Of a DNA stretch of 64,000 nt, positions 20,444 to 34,000 are shown in pieces. Origin of the DNA: an uncultured virus (IMG/VR IMGVR_UViG_3300008116_000021) (Duplodnaviria; Heunggongvirae; Uroviricota; Caudoviricetes); IMG/VR virus record IMGVR_UViG_3300008116_000021. One strand, given 5' to 3'. How positions within the stretch are numbered: the first letter of the stretch is position 1; each line of letters begins with the position of its first letter. The notes below the pieces were generated by a model. It had not been told where the DNA came from, did not search any database, and saw nothing but the letters and a program-made list of their open reading frames with translations. Both the position numbers and the translations under genes were made by a program.

Positions 20444-21994
20444 TTAAAATTCCAGAATGATTTTAACGTCTTCTTTTTGTCGAGAATTTCTACTAATTGC
20501 GGGTCTATTGTCAATATAAAGAACATCCCCCGATCCTTTATTTATCTCAGGAGAAGCAAGACCATTAGTAAATCTAGATCCTAAACTAATAATTTTAGTA
20601 CCTGTTGGATTTGTTGTAATTCCAGTAAATGAAATATCAATTGATCCAACAAATCCACCATTTGTTGTTAATGGAGTTGCAGTTGATTGAAAATCTAAAA
20701 CTTTAGATGCTGTTCCAACTCCAATATAATCTGTTTGATCCAAATAAGTTTGGTTAAAATATAATGATCTATCTCTAAAATATTTTAGAACCTTTGTTTC
20801 TTCATCATATGAGGCAACATATCCTTTAGCGATTCCACCAGTTACATTTTGAGATACAATATCTCCAATATTAATCGATCCACTAGTTGAAATAAATTTC
20901 ACTGCATATAATGAAGAAAATTCACTATCTGTATATGTTGACGTTGATCCAATGGAAGTTGGATTTTTTAGAACTGCTATTTGAGCAAATTTTGTATCTA
21001 CAGGAAAATCTTTTGTAGAATCGTCAAATCTTGCATAGATTAAAACTCTGTCAGCACCTAGTTCTTTATATAAATCATATCCATGTCCTTTTGATGGTGG
21101 AATTATTGGAATTAACTTTGCAAAATTTGCAGATGCATTGGAGTTAATCGTTGCTAAATTTACAATTCCAAAAGTATAACCTTTTCCACCAGCAGAAACT
21201 GTAGCATTTGTGATTTCACCACCAACCACATCAAGAATTACTTTTCCGCCAGTTCCATCACCTAGAATATCAACTTCCTGTCCCAGTCCCCCAGAATATC
21301 CAGATCCTCGATTTGCAATATAAACTTTTTTAATTTGATTATTATTTACACTAGAATCTCCATTAGATCTAACAGCATCTATTTGAGTATCAGTTGATGT
21401 ACTCCAATTATTTGGTAATGAAATATACTCTGTAGAATCAAATTTAATAATATCATTAGGTGCTACTGTAAACAAATACTTCCAAAGATATCCATCTCCA
21501 CTTTCACCTGCTCTAGAAGGTTCCAGAGTTGTGAAAAGTGGTTGATCTTGAGAAGCATTACCAGTGGTGTTTATTCCCGAAGATCCATTATCAATGCAAA
21601 CATAAACACCATAATTTTCATTCATTACATAATAATTTGCATCATACAATCTTGTTGATTGTGTTACTGGAGATGGTGCTTCAACACCATAATCATGTCT
21701 GTACATCTCATATCTTGTACCTTTGCTCCAATCAATTCTTCTTATAAGTCTTCTTACGTTCAAACTGGTTACTTTTTTTCCAAATAAAATGGTATCTCCA
21801 ATATGATTAACATTATTAATGTTATCAAGAGGACTTGGTACATTTGTATTCCAAGAAGGAGTGCCACCAAAACCAACTCTTGTTGGGTTTGCCAAACCTA
21901 AAACAACATAATATGAATTGTTGACATTATCAACAGTATCTACAAAATTATTTGCATTTAAAATTCTAAATTGATCCGTTACAATAGCAGCCAT
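20444..21994 (-). CDS. g8: Baseplate wedge subunit gp8
   Basis: MAAIVTDQFRI, VYVCIDN, DGYLWKYLF, YIDNR...QKEDVKIILEF. Confidence 0.93.
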   Translation of the reverse strand: MAAIVTDQFRILNANNFVDTVDNVNNSYYVVLGLANPTRVGFGGTPSWNTNVPSPLDNINNVNHIGDTILFGKKVTSLNVRRLIRRIDWSKGTRYEMYRHDYGVEAPSPVTQSTRLYDANYYVMNENYGVYVCIDNGSSGINTTGNASQDQPLFTTLEPSRAGESGDGYLWKYLFTVAPNDIIKFDSTEYISLPNNWSTSTDTQIDAVRSNGDSSVNNNQIKKVYIANRGSGYSGGLGQEVDILGDGTGGKVILDVVGGEITNATVSAGGKGYTFGIVNLATINSNASANFAKLIPIIPPSKGHGYDLYKELGADRVLIYARFDDSTKDFPVDTKFAQIAVLKNPTSIGSTSTYTDSEFSSLYAVKFISTSGSINIGDIVSQNVTGGIAKGYVASYDEETKVLKYFRDRSLYFNQTYLDQTDYIGVGTASKVLDFQSTATPLTTNGGFVGSIDISFTGITTNPTGTKIISLGSRFTNGLASPEINKGSGDVLYIDNRPAISRNSRQKEDVKIILEF

Positions 21995-22015
21995 TATACA
22001 CTTAGCTTTTTTCTA

Positions 22016-22023
22016 TATTTATA
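22016..22023 (-). promoter_or_regulatory. T4 late promoter TATAAATA upstream of g8
   Basis: Perfect TATTTATA on + strand about 22 nt before the g8 start. Confidence 0.8.
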
Positions 22024-22029
22024 TTAGGT

Positions 22030-25000
22030 TTAATCGAGAAGTTTTCTGAGTGATCCAGTACTTCTTAATCCATAATCTCTTCTTTCTATTGATGGGAAAG
22101 TTGATAAACCTGAATCAACTCTTAAACCACTTACCGTAACCCCAATCGCAACAGATCCTCTTATTATAGGACTTAATTTACCCCAAGAGAATCTACCTAC
22201 AAAAGATCCAGATGTTGTCAATCCAGTAATATTACTATTTGATCCAATATTTGTAATTATCTCCGCATTAGTTGCTGCTCTGGTAATACTATGAACATAA
22301 TAAATGTTATTCAAGAAAGTAGTTCCAACTCCAACTGGAGAAGCATCTCCCGAATCTACAGAAGTAACACCTCTGCCAACATTAGTGTCTGTGACGCAAA
22401 TTGGATATCCAACTTGTAAACTACTAAAATCTCCGCTGGAAATCTTAAGATTTAATTTAAGTGCTAGTGAATGTCCACCCGTTCCAGTTGTGGTTGATAT
22501 GCCCGTAATAATTCCAGCAAAACCTTCAATTACACTAATATTTCTAACTCTTTCTTTCAAAGGAGCAGGCGTTGGTACTAAAACTTTAGGTGCAACTGTA
22601 TATCCTAGTCCAGGATTGGTTATGGTAATTGGGGTAGTTAATCTACCATTAGTGATTGTTACTGTTGCCGTAGCAGTAGTTCCTATCCCAACTCCAAGAT
22701 TTCTTGGTCGAGTAATTGAAACTGTTGTTGTATTTCCAACATATCCAGATCCAGCATTTACAATAGTAAGTCCAGTTACTCTTGTATTAGTAACATTAAT
22801 TGATGCGGTCATTGATCCAGTTGAATATCCAGTATCATATACGATCAATCCACCAACAGATTCTATGATTGTTGCGGAAGCATCTTCTTCGTAGTTAAAG
22901 AATCTTGCATCATCAACAAAAAGTTCAGTAGATGCAGGTGTAAAATCTTTTATAATTCTTGCAACTGGATAAATCTGAGACTCTAAAGAATCTCTAGTTT
23001 TATATATTGTTTCACCATTAATTACTTTATCAATTTTTTGTTTTTTCCATGCAAGTTCTCTAAAATTATCATCATCTATACCCAATCCAGTATAAAGATT
23101 AGTTTCTATACTATCAGATGCAGCAATTAATGTAATTGTTCTATCTTTCTGTTCTTTGGAAGATGCAATTCCAGTAAATGCTGATAGTTTAACACTATCA
23201 CCAGATTTTAATGTTTCTGGTACATCTATGGTAATGCTATCAGACTCTTTTGTACCATTATAGAAGAATATTGAAATACTATCTTCAAATTCTGGTGCCT
23301 GAGTAAATGTAAATGATGTGCCCCCTGTAAATTCATAAGATTCACCAGGAACTTGAAGAACATTATTGATAAAGATCAAAAGTAAATTCTCCAGTTTTAT
23401 CAATGATGATTCTGCATCTTGATCATTAGTTTCAAAACTCAATAACTTACCAGCAAATGCAAGTGGGAATCTCTTTCTCACTCCATTTTGTAGCGGTTTA
23501 ATGGAATCAATATAATCAAATTCTCCAAGTTCCCATGATGCTAATTGGTCACTATAAGTCTGTAATACCGTAATGCTAAAATCACTTATTGGACTTGCTA
23601 GTCTAGCATCTGTGACTAGACCAACTGGTTTAAATACATCACCAACTCTAAATGCATATCCAGGTCTAGAAATATCAAACTCAGTTACTTGGAATAGTGA
23701 TCCAGGTGCAACTGTTTTTGATGCTGGAATTATACCAGTTGCGATTGTGGTTGTAATGATCCCAACAAAAGATCCTATTGCTGAAGCAACGTTAGCACAA
23801 TCAGATGGTGAATAGACCCCAGGCACTCCAGAAATATCACCAATTACTGTAAAGTCAAATATTTGTATCTCATTTGTATAACCACCTCTGTTTATAGCCT
23901 CATTTCGCATGGCTTGAATAGCCATATCTCTAGCTTGATTGAATGCATATATTGATTGTTGCTCTTCTCCATATAGGAGTGCTGGATTTGTTTTATATAA
24001 ATTAGCTGCGTCCCAAACTTTATCATTTCCACCAAATCTTAAATTGTGTGTAATTGTTTGTAAAACGGATTTAATGTCATCGACACACTCTGCATTGCCA
24101 TTAGGAACTGAGAATCCAGGGTAGAATGCTAACATTCTTCCTACAGCAACTTCCGCAATTAGTTGTATGTTGCTTTCAATTAAATTAGCAGCATCATAAA
24201 ATACACCATCATATGCAATATTATCATTTGAACCAACTTTGAGTGTTAATAGTGTATTTAATCCACTATCTGTTGTTGATCCAAGACCAACTCTGGATAC
24301 TCCAACAATTGGTAGATTTTCATAAGATGGTTCTCTAATATTGATATTTGTGGTTGTAGCAGCATATCCAGTTCCAGCATTAGCGATTGAGAATATAAGT
24401 GTTCCACCAGCTCCTACAACAGCATTAATAACGCCAGAATTTCCGGTTGGTGATGTAATTGCAATGGAAACGGGTCCACCATAATATCCAGAACCATAAT
24501 TATAATCTTTCCATTCAATTCCTACAGAACATGATCCAAGACCAGTATAAGTATGTGCAATTGTTGAAATTCCACCATTAACTACAATTGTACTGCCACC
24601 TGTTCCAACTAAAGATCTGAAAATACCGCCTTCTGGACCTGCTCCTGGATATGGGAAAATATTTGTTGTTACCCCAACTGTTGCAGTTCCTCCAGATACA
24701 TATACATGATTTACCGTTGAAACTCCAACATTTAGAACAATAGTGGTTCCAGCTGTCCCAGCAATGACTCTATAAACATCATAAGTACCTTCAAGAGTAT
24801 TCTTACTACTTTGTGGGTATGCATTACCTAGAGTTCCAATACCTGCGGGATATGGGAATCTAGTTGTTGAATATCCTATTGGATTGCCAGGGCATGAAAG
24901 AATTATATTTGCCAATCTTACATATTTTCCTGCTCTTAAATTATGATTTCCATTAACTGTGATTGTTGCAATCCCAGCAGTTCTATTATAAACTAATCCA

Positions 25001-28000
25001 GTTACATTAAATGTTGAAATTCCAGTCCAGGAATTACATGAGAATCTTAGACCAGAAAGACCAAGTGGATCTCCAACTCTGAGATTATGTGCCCCATTTA
25101 ATATAAATGTTGCAATACCAGTAGTATTGTCATAAGATCCAGTGACAATACCAAGAACTTTTGTTGGTGCAGAGTATGTGCCAATAGCAACTATAGTTGA
25201 TATTCCACCAGAAGCATTTGTAACAATTCCAATTTGAGCTGGATAAAGAGGTGCAAATCCAAGTCCTTGTGTAGATCCAAATGAAATTATGACTCCACCT
25301 CTGGGAAGTTGATTTTGATTTACATCATCTGTTGAAATAATATTTTGACCATTTGAAGATGTAATGCCAGAGAAAATAATACTACTTATTCCAACTGTTC
25401 CAACAATATAGGATGATTGTGCGTATCCAACTGCATATTGGCTATAGTCTTGAACTATATTATCATATGGAAGTAATTCTGGATTTGGAATGTTTGATAC
25501 TGGCAAATCAAATTGTTTAAATGTGTATACATTATCTGGATTATTAGCTGTTGTTGGAGTCTGGAATATTCCATTCAGGAATAAGAATGCACTTCCGGTT
25601 TGAATTCCAGTTGTATTAAGTCCAGAAACAGTTGCTGTATAAGTTCTGCCTACACCACTCAAAGATGTTGAAATATCATCAAATATTCTATTATTGGAAT
25701 AATCTTTCCTTAAATAAACTCTTCCACCAAATACAGCTCTTGGATATGGAACATTATTCGAATTTTTTTCAAGTGTTCCCTTTCCTGTAGGTGCAGATGT
25801 AAAGTAAATAATACTTCCAGAATCTATATTGTAAGTCCCACTATAAACTCTAACAGTACTTCCGATTCCATGAGAAGTTCCAATTGATCCAAGATACCCC
25901 CTTGTTACTTCTATATTTGTAAAAGTACCAAAACCAGTAATTTGAGCACCAGAAGTAGTTGCAAATCCTACGTTGATGATTCTCATAATCTCATCATCAA
26001 CTTTTATTGTCGCATCTGGAATAAAATCTCTGATAGTTCCAAGAGAAAGTACAGAGGTTGACTCTCCAATTCCAGCTTGTAGTGGAGTATTTACTGGAGT
26101 ATATGCTAATGGATATTGAACAACACCATCAATTGTTATAAGAGTTTTTTCAAGTTTTGTGCTCATTTGAAGTTCATGAGCATTTCCAGATCCAAGACTT
26201 GTAAAAGTCACATAAATTCCGGCCAGTGCATCGGACTTTCTTGTTGATAATCTGAATCTATCCTCATCAATTCTAATCGCATATACTTCAGATGGTAAAA
26301 TGTCAGTGCTAAATCCAGCTTGAGTTATTGACGTATTAATGCCAACCGCAGTTGATCCAATTCCTATGAATGTAGAACCTGGAGTATAAATTAATTTTTC
26401 TCCAGTATTGAAGAAATGTTTTTCAATTGTAAATACTCCAGTTACTGGATTTAAGAATATTGAGCTAGATGGTGAAAACTTTTTACTGAAGATAGGTACA
26501 CCATCAGATGTTAATTTAAATGATGTCTTATTTGATCTCGAACCATTAACTGCATTATAAGAAAGCAGTTCCATAGTTTCTCTCAATTTACCATATTCTA
26601 TAGGTGGATAATTATTTGAAAAATCACTTTCGGTGTAAATTACTTCATTAAAAGAGCTTATTTGTAATGATGCGGTAATGCCAGGATCTCTATAGAATCT
26701 TAATTGAGCAGGTGATGTTGAATAATCAATACCAAAAGTTCCAATGCCAGAAGTAGAACCAATAGAGACAAATGGATATTGAGTTATTACAGCATTTCCA
26801 TTGTTATTTGCTACTAATACCTGATGTAGGGCACTAGTATTTCCATAGGATACTCTTACCAAAGATTTTATTGTTGATACTTCTGTCTTATCAAATTTAA
26901 ATATTGAGGTACTTGCCGCAGATACTTTTACATAATCAGATTCAAATTTGAATGATCTTTCAGTTCCTTCAATTTGACCATTTAGAATAGATCTATAAGT
27001 TCCAACACCTACTGCTGTAGTTCCAAATCCAACTACTCTGCTTCTTACAACAACTTCACCATTATAAGACGCATTTTGATAATTTAATGCAAAAATTCCT
27101 CCACTTAAAGATGCTGTAAATGTTCCAATTGGAGTGTATGAATTATTGTCTATTGCAATAGTGTCAAAGAAATAATCTGATTGATATGTATTTGTTCCAT
27201 CATGAGTTATATAAAGTTCGACAATATTTTTAATTTGCTGATTGTTTTTATCATAAACTTCAGCAGTTACGTACATCGATTCTAGTTTATTTGATTGTGT
27301 AGATATTATTTGTGTTGTTATTCCAATGGTAGCAACATCAACAGATCCTGCTAGATCAATAAACCCAACATTAATTGTTCCAATACCAGCAGTATCTGCA
27401 TTAAAATAAGTTTTTAGAATTTTGATATCATAATCAATATCTGTTGTGTTCGCTGGATAGAATCTAAGAGTTTTGTCCCCATATTCGTTTACATTACCTT
27501 CAATATCAACTGGTTGATTAGTTGTTGTAAATATTGATGATTTTTCAAATGTTACTAAATCAGATGGACGCCCCCCAACAACTATTACTTCTGTTGCTTG
27601 AATATCGGTAGTTGCTGGATCAATAATTTGAATCAAAAATCTGGCGAAAGAGTCTTCAAAGATAGTTTCTACATAAGGATTTAATGATGATCTTGAATTT
27701 GAAAATAGTGAACTTATATCATCAATTTTTAAAACATTATTTGTCCTACATTCGATATAACCAGATAATTTTCTATTTCTAAGTTTTATATCCTTTGACC
27801 TTGATTGTACAACATTGTTATCAACAGCCAAATCAAATCCATAAATTGTATCAACGCGATCTTCATTAATGAAGTCAAAAGTAGTAATAGATTCAACTGG
27901 TGTTACAGTAACTCCAGCACCAGAAACAGACTTTACTTCAGTATCTGAGAAATTTTTCAATCCAACTGTGTGTAATAGTGAATTAACTGGATTAATTAAT

Positions 28001-31000
28001 TTTTCAAATTCTATTGGACTCTTAATTGTATATGATAAAGACTGATAATAATCATTATCCGGTAAAACCTGATAATCTTCATTTAATTTGCCGACATTAT
28101 CTAACCACCCAAGATCTTGCCTTGCAGAATAATTAATTTCAAATCTAGCGTTGTTATTGATAAAACTATCAACTTTTGCCCTTGTTCCACTAAATGATCC
28201 AATAATTAGATCGCCAATTTCTAATTCATATCTTCCAACAGCTTTAATAAATGTAGTTCTATCTTCTGTGATCACCAAATCAGTTTCAATATATTCGTTA
28301 TTAACAAATACAAGTATCTTTTCACCAATACTAAATTTTGTTGCTCCAGTAACAACATCAAATCTAGGATAATCTTCGTATCTAACGAAAGAAGCAAAAG
28401 TAGGAGTTGTTACGGCTATTCCAGCATTTGTTGTAATTCCAGTTAAATTAAATTCTAATTCTGCTGGGTTTGTATTTCTATATGCTGTAATATCATAGAA
28501 TTTAAATTTATTGTCAATAGCATTAAAACCATTACCACTAGTCTCATATTTCTCAACACCCTCTACAAAAATTTTATCACCAACATTTACAACATTTTGA
28601 GCATATCCTGCAATTGGTGTTTGAATAGTACAAGTTACTATTCCAGTTGGTCTATCATAAACTACTTTACTGATAGTAAAACTATTAGTATTATTAGTAG
28701 CAAAAAGAGTATGCTTTGAAGAATTTAAACCATTTGGCGCTTCAATGATATTAATTTTTCCTATGCCAGATCCACCTATAGTTGGTGTAATAATTCCATT
28801 ATCTATCGCAATACCATCAGAATTTGCTAATACAAGATCTGGTGCTGATTGGTAATATCTACCTCCATATGTTATGTCTATTGATTTTACAATATTTGTA
28901 TCAAGTACAAAGAATGTTGAGGGTACAAGTGCTTGAGGGCGTAAAGTTACATCAGATGGATATTCAAATCCAGGATCAATAACTCTTACTTGATCAATTT
29001 TTCCTATGGTATTTGACGCCGTATATATTTGAGCTCCAGTTCCATTTACTGAATTAAATCCATTGATAACTGGCAGTTTTTTATAACTAACTCCACTAGA
29101 AGTTAAAGATAGTCTTGCAATCGGACCATTGGCGGTTTTAGAGAAAGTTGTATAAGTGCAACTTTCACATTGGGTACTAGTATATGAAGTTGATTCTGGA
29201 ATTTTTGTTAACGATATTTTAAAATTATTTCCCGCAACATCAAATACAGAATATCTTCCATTATACAAACTATCGATATAATTTATTTTAGACGCATTGG
29301 TAACATCTAAATCAGATGTTGATATAAATCCAGATTTTTCTAAAGCATAGAAAAATACCTGAGGCATCCCAGTGTCATATCTTAAAGTTATTTTTGCATC
29401 GCCACTAACCCCTACAGTTCCAACACCAGAAACCACAAAATTAGCAGTATTTCCAACGGATATAAATTCATTCTTAAATGCTGAATCATAATAGAATTTT
29501 AATCCATATCCATCCAGAGTCGAATCTGAAACATCAAATACAATGTCATTATTTCTTACAATATTTAATTGTGGATTTACTAATGCTATAGTATGTGATG
29601 CTCCACCAACAGAATTTATATTTACGATAGATGGTGGATATATTTTATTATCATATAAAGTTTCTGTAAAATTAAAAGTATTTTCATCTAAAACATAAAT
29701 GTAGTAATCTCCAGTTTGCAATCCAGATGCTACCGTAGTAACAGGTCGATAATATACTTTATCACCATTCGTAAATCCATGACGATTGATTGTAATAGTA
29801 TCTTTTATTGTATTGATTCCAGAAGAACTAAACGTAATTCGATTTACAAGAATCCTTTGACCTATGGTATCATATCTAAGTCTAACTGAAGTTGATGTTC
29901 CAACACCAACTGCTTGATTTGATTTAACATCAAGATTGATAATGTCTCCATTCGTTAATCCATGGCTAGTTGAAAGAGAAACTAACGTTGTAACACGATT
30001 TACATCAGACGTTACTTGAGTAAAATCTGATCTAACTGCATATCCAAAACTATTTGTTCCAAAATTAGCAAAAAATAGTCCTTTTGTTGTTGTAGTCAAT
30101 CCAACTTGCGTTACAATACCAATATGATCATCAGATTGTTTTACAACATAGAATGGTTCCCAATCTCCAGAACTTAGGATTGGTGTTGGACTATCATTAG
30201 GAGTTTTTTGTACAAATAAAGATCCCTCTCCTGGTGGTTTTTTAATTAAAACTTTTTGATTTGTCTGGAACGGATGATTTGGGAGTCTAATACTCTGAAT
30301 TGGAATTGATGTAGTTCCAGTTAGTTCACCAATTCCAATAGTATACGTAACAGATGTGCTGAATCCAACAGAAGTGCCAACACCTACAGATTCAACTGGA
30401 TTAAAATAAACAATATCATTTACTTTTGATTCAAATTTTGGAGTCGATATCGGTAATGAGAAATAAGTTGGAACAAGTTCAACTTTTGCTGATAATGTAT
30501 GTGCAAATCCAGAATTATTTCTAGTAACCCTTAATATTTTACGATCATCAAATCTATTAAGGATCGTCATAGTCTCGGTTCCACTGACTTTTACCACATC
30601 ACCAACATTCATGTTTTCTGGAATACTGGAGACATAAATGTCTGTAATAACTCCAACAATAGAAGTTGATGGAATTGCTTTATATAAAAATGTTTGTGAT
30701 GTTGTAATTCCTACTTTGTAATTTTTACCGAGAACATTTTTTAATGATGTACTTATCCCACTCAAATAAACATTATCAGATTGGTTGAAAGTATGTGTTG
30801 TTGAAATATAACCTTGAACTTCATTTTCACTTTTCCAAATAAGAATGACATTTTGATATTTTAATGTATTAGTTGTTATATTGGTTATTTCCTTTCCTTT
30901 TATTAGGGAAACCTGTGCTGAAGCTCCAGATCCACTAGTATCTTCATTATTAAAAATTGCAGAGTCCCCAATTTTGTAATTATCACCTGCAGAGATAATA

Positions 31001-34000
31001 TCTAACCTATCAACAGAACCTCTTAAAACAGACTCTACAACTGATGTTTGGTTAATAATTTCGTTTGATTCAACTATAAAATCACTACCAGAATATTGAT
31101 TGGATGTATTGTACGGTAGAGTATTTCTGATTATTTCAGTTCCTTTAAAATTGTAATCTTGATTGATAATATAAGTTTCATCTAGCAAATTCGATCTAAA
31201 AGAATCCCCAAGAAAATAAGGAAATACCGGTTCAATTGTATTTGTTGTTTGATTTACTTTTAAAGTTGTAAAATATGCATATGTTCCTAATGGAAATTCT
31301 GGTGTCTTACAAAATCTTCCATTTGATTCGTCTAAATCCCCAGATTCATTATAGACATAATCTTCAATAAAGAATCCTGCAGAGAATCCAGAAGGTCTAT
31401 TAGTTATTGAATTAGTATTTAATACATAACTAGAATTTAATAATCTAACGGAAGAATCATTAACTTGAGGGTTATCATATCCATATGGTCCGTAAATTGG
31501 ATTTCCATCTAATGCCCAACCAATTATAGGTGAGTGATTGGATCCAGTATCACCAAAATATTGAGATCCTATATTTGTAGAGTATCCAACTATACAATAT
31601 TTCAAATTAGTTATTGATCTTTTTAAAATATCAGATCCATATCTAGAAAAAGTATTAACTCTTAAACTTCTAACATTTGGATCTAAAGAAACTTCAGATC
31701 CAGCTGATTTTACTGTTATGCTAGTTGTATCTTGAAGATAATTTACACCAGGATTTATTACTCTGACTTCAGTAATTGCATTATTGACAATTATTGCTCT
31801 TAATTTTGCTCCCGTTCCTTCGCCACTAACAACAAGATCTGGTGTAGAATAATATTCTCTGCCACCACTTAAAACCTGTACGGAATCTATTTTTCCATTT
31901 TTAATATAAGGTTTTAACTGAGCATCTTTTCCAGTCTTTATTGTAATTAGTGGTTTTTTATGTAAATTTAAAATATTGGACCCATAATTAGTTCCTTTTT
32001 CATATAGATATATGTCATTTATGACTCCACGAATAATGGGTGTTGCAGTTATGATGCCAGATATACCATCACGATATTTTACATTAACACTAATACTGAT
32101 CGGTGGATATTGGAAAACTTGATATCCAGTTCCTTTTGATTGAAATTTAATATAATTCTTCCTTTCGTAATTTGAAGTTATTGTTCCACCAATTCCAGCA
32201 TCTGCAAGTCTAAATTTATTATCAGATAGTTTGATAACCTGATATTGTTTTGCTGTGGATAATCCAGAAATGATTGTTGGGAGAGTTGAACCAAGTCCAA
32301 CATTTGTAGAATATACTATTGTCTCACCATCATTAAATCCATGATTTACGAAATTAATCGTATTGTCACTAGTAGAAATACCAGATGGGAAAACTCTTAA
32401 TTTTCTATTGGAATATCCTTCTCCAGAAGATAATACATCAATACGAGTTACATTATTTGCAGACTCCAATAATCTAAATTTTTGGAACCCAATATTACTT
32501 GCAGTTGTAAATCCAATTGTGTTAATTCCAGAATTAAAATCTTTTTCTGTTCTATAAAGTCTTACAGTTTTTGGACCAGTTACTTGTGCAAAATATACTG
32601 AACCATTTTCTAGATATTCAGTCTTGATACCAGTAGTATCATTTGATCCAGCAAATGTTCCGATGCTTACTGGTGGGCTTCCATTTTTATCATAAACTAA
32701 TGCTTGTCCATTTTTAATATTGTGGTCTTTTATAAAACTTAAATCATCCAATATAACATCTAATCCACCACCCTGAGATGATGGCAAAGCACTAAAATCT
32801 AATTCTCTATATCTTTTTGATGTTATTGGTTTCAATATACATCCAGATCCATTTCCACCAGTAATGGTTACTGATACTGCATCGTCAATATCAAAATCTT
32901 GTGGATCCACAAATACTTCTTTTACTGATCCAGTAACGACAGGTTGAATAAGTGCGGTAGTTCCAATTCCTGGAGATGAAACTTCAATAAGTGGTGGATT
33001 AATTACATCATAATTTAAACCAGTATTTAATATGTTTATAGACTCTAAAGGTCCAAAATAAATTCGGTCGTTCGACTTATATGAATTTATTTCTACGCCA
33101 TTTATCATTATGCCGACTGTTTCAGCTTCCGTTTTTGTCCTATTAGAACGTTGAATGTCTGGGAATAATGGGAATTTTTTAAGACTCTTTTGTGGTCCTA
33201 TTTTTAGATTATTTTGGAAAGATAGTGTAAAAGTATGATTTCCTGTTCCTGGATCTAAAGTTCCAAATTCAATATAATCATCTGATGGAATGAAAGACCT
33301 TGAGGTATAAAGTTTAATCTTATTTGATTCTGTTAAAACTCTAACGTAATAAAGACCTTCATCCAATCCAGGAATAGATTGATTTTCTGGTTTATAGTAT
33401 ACTTCATCACCAGTTATGAATGGAACACTAGACTGGAATGATAATACAGAATATTTTAGTGATGATGGATCATATTCTTGGATTCTATTACCATTTGCTT
33501 CACCTAGAGAAATTGATGATAAATTAGTTGTAATTGGATATGATGGTAGAGAATTTGAAGCAACATACATGTATTCATCATTTTCATTATAAACATTTTG
33601 AACATCGGATGTGATTACATTATTTCCATATTCAATTTGTGCTCCAGAACTTGTTGCTTTATTTAAATTTCTACGGATGTCATACTCTTTAAGTGGATCA
33701 ACATTAAATCCAGATAGATTATTTAAAAGAATTTCTTTCGTTGATTTATTAATGTTAGATACAATTGCTCCAGCATATTCAACGATTTGTGTATTTCTTC
33801 TTAGAATTTCAATTGTATCTCCAACTTTGAGAGAAGATTTATCTATATCCGAATAGAGTAAAAATGTGCTACCAGATATTCCTTTTACTTGATATCTAAC
33901 GGAAGTATTGTATATCCAGGTATTAGAAAAAATTTGTTTCTTAGTTTTAAATTGATCGGGATTTTTTATTATTTCTCCCAGGTTTTTGACGTATATTATT

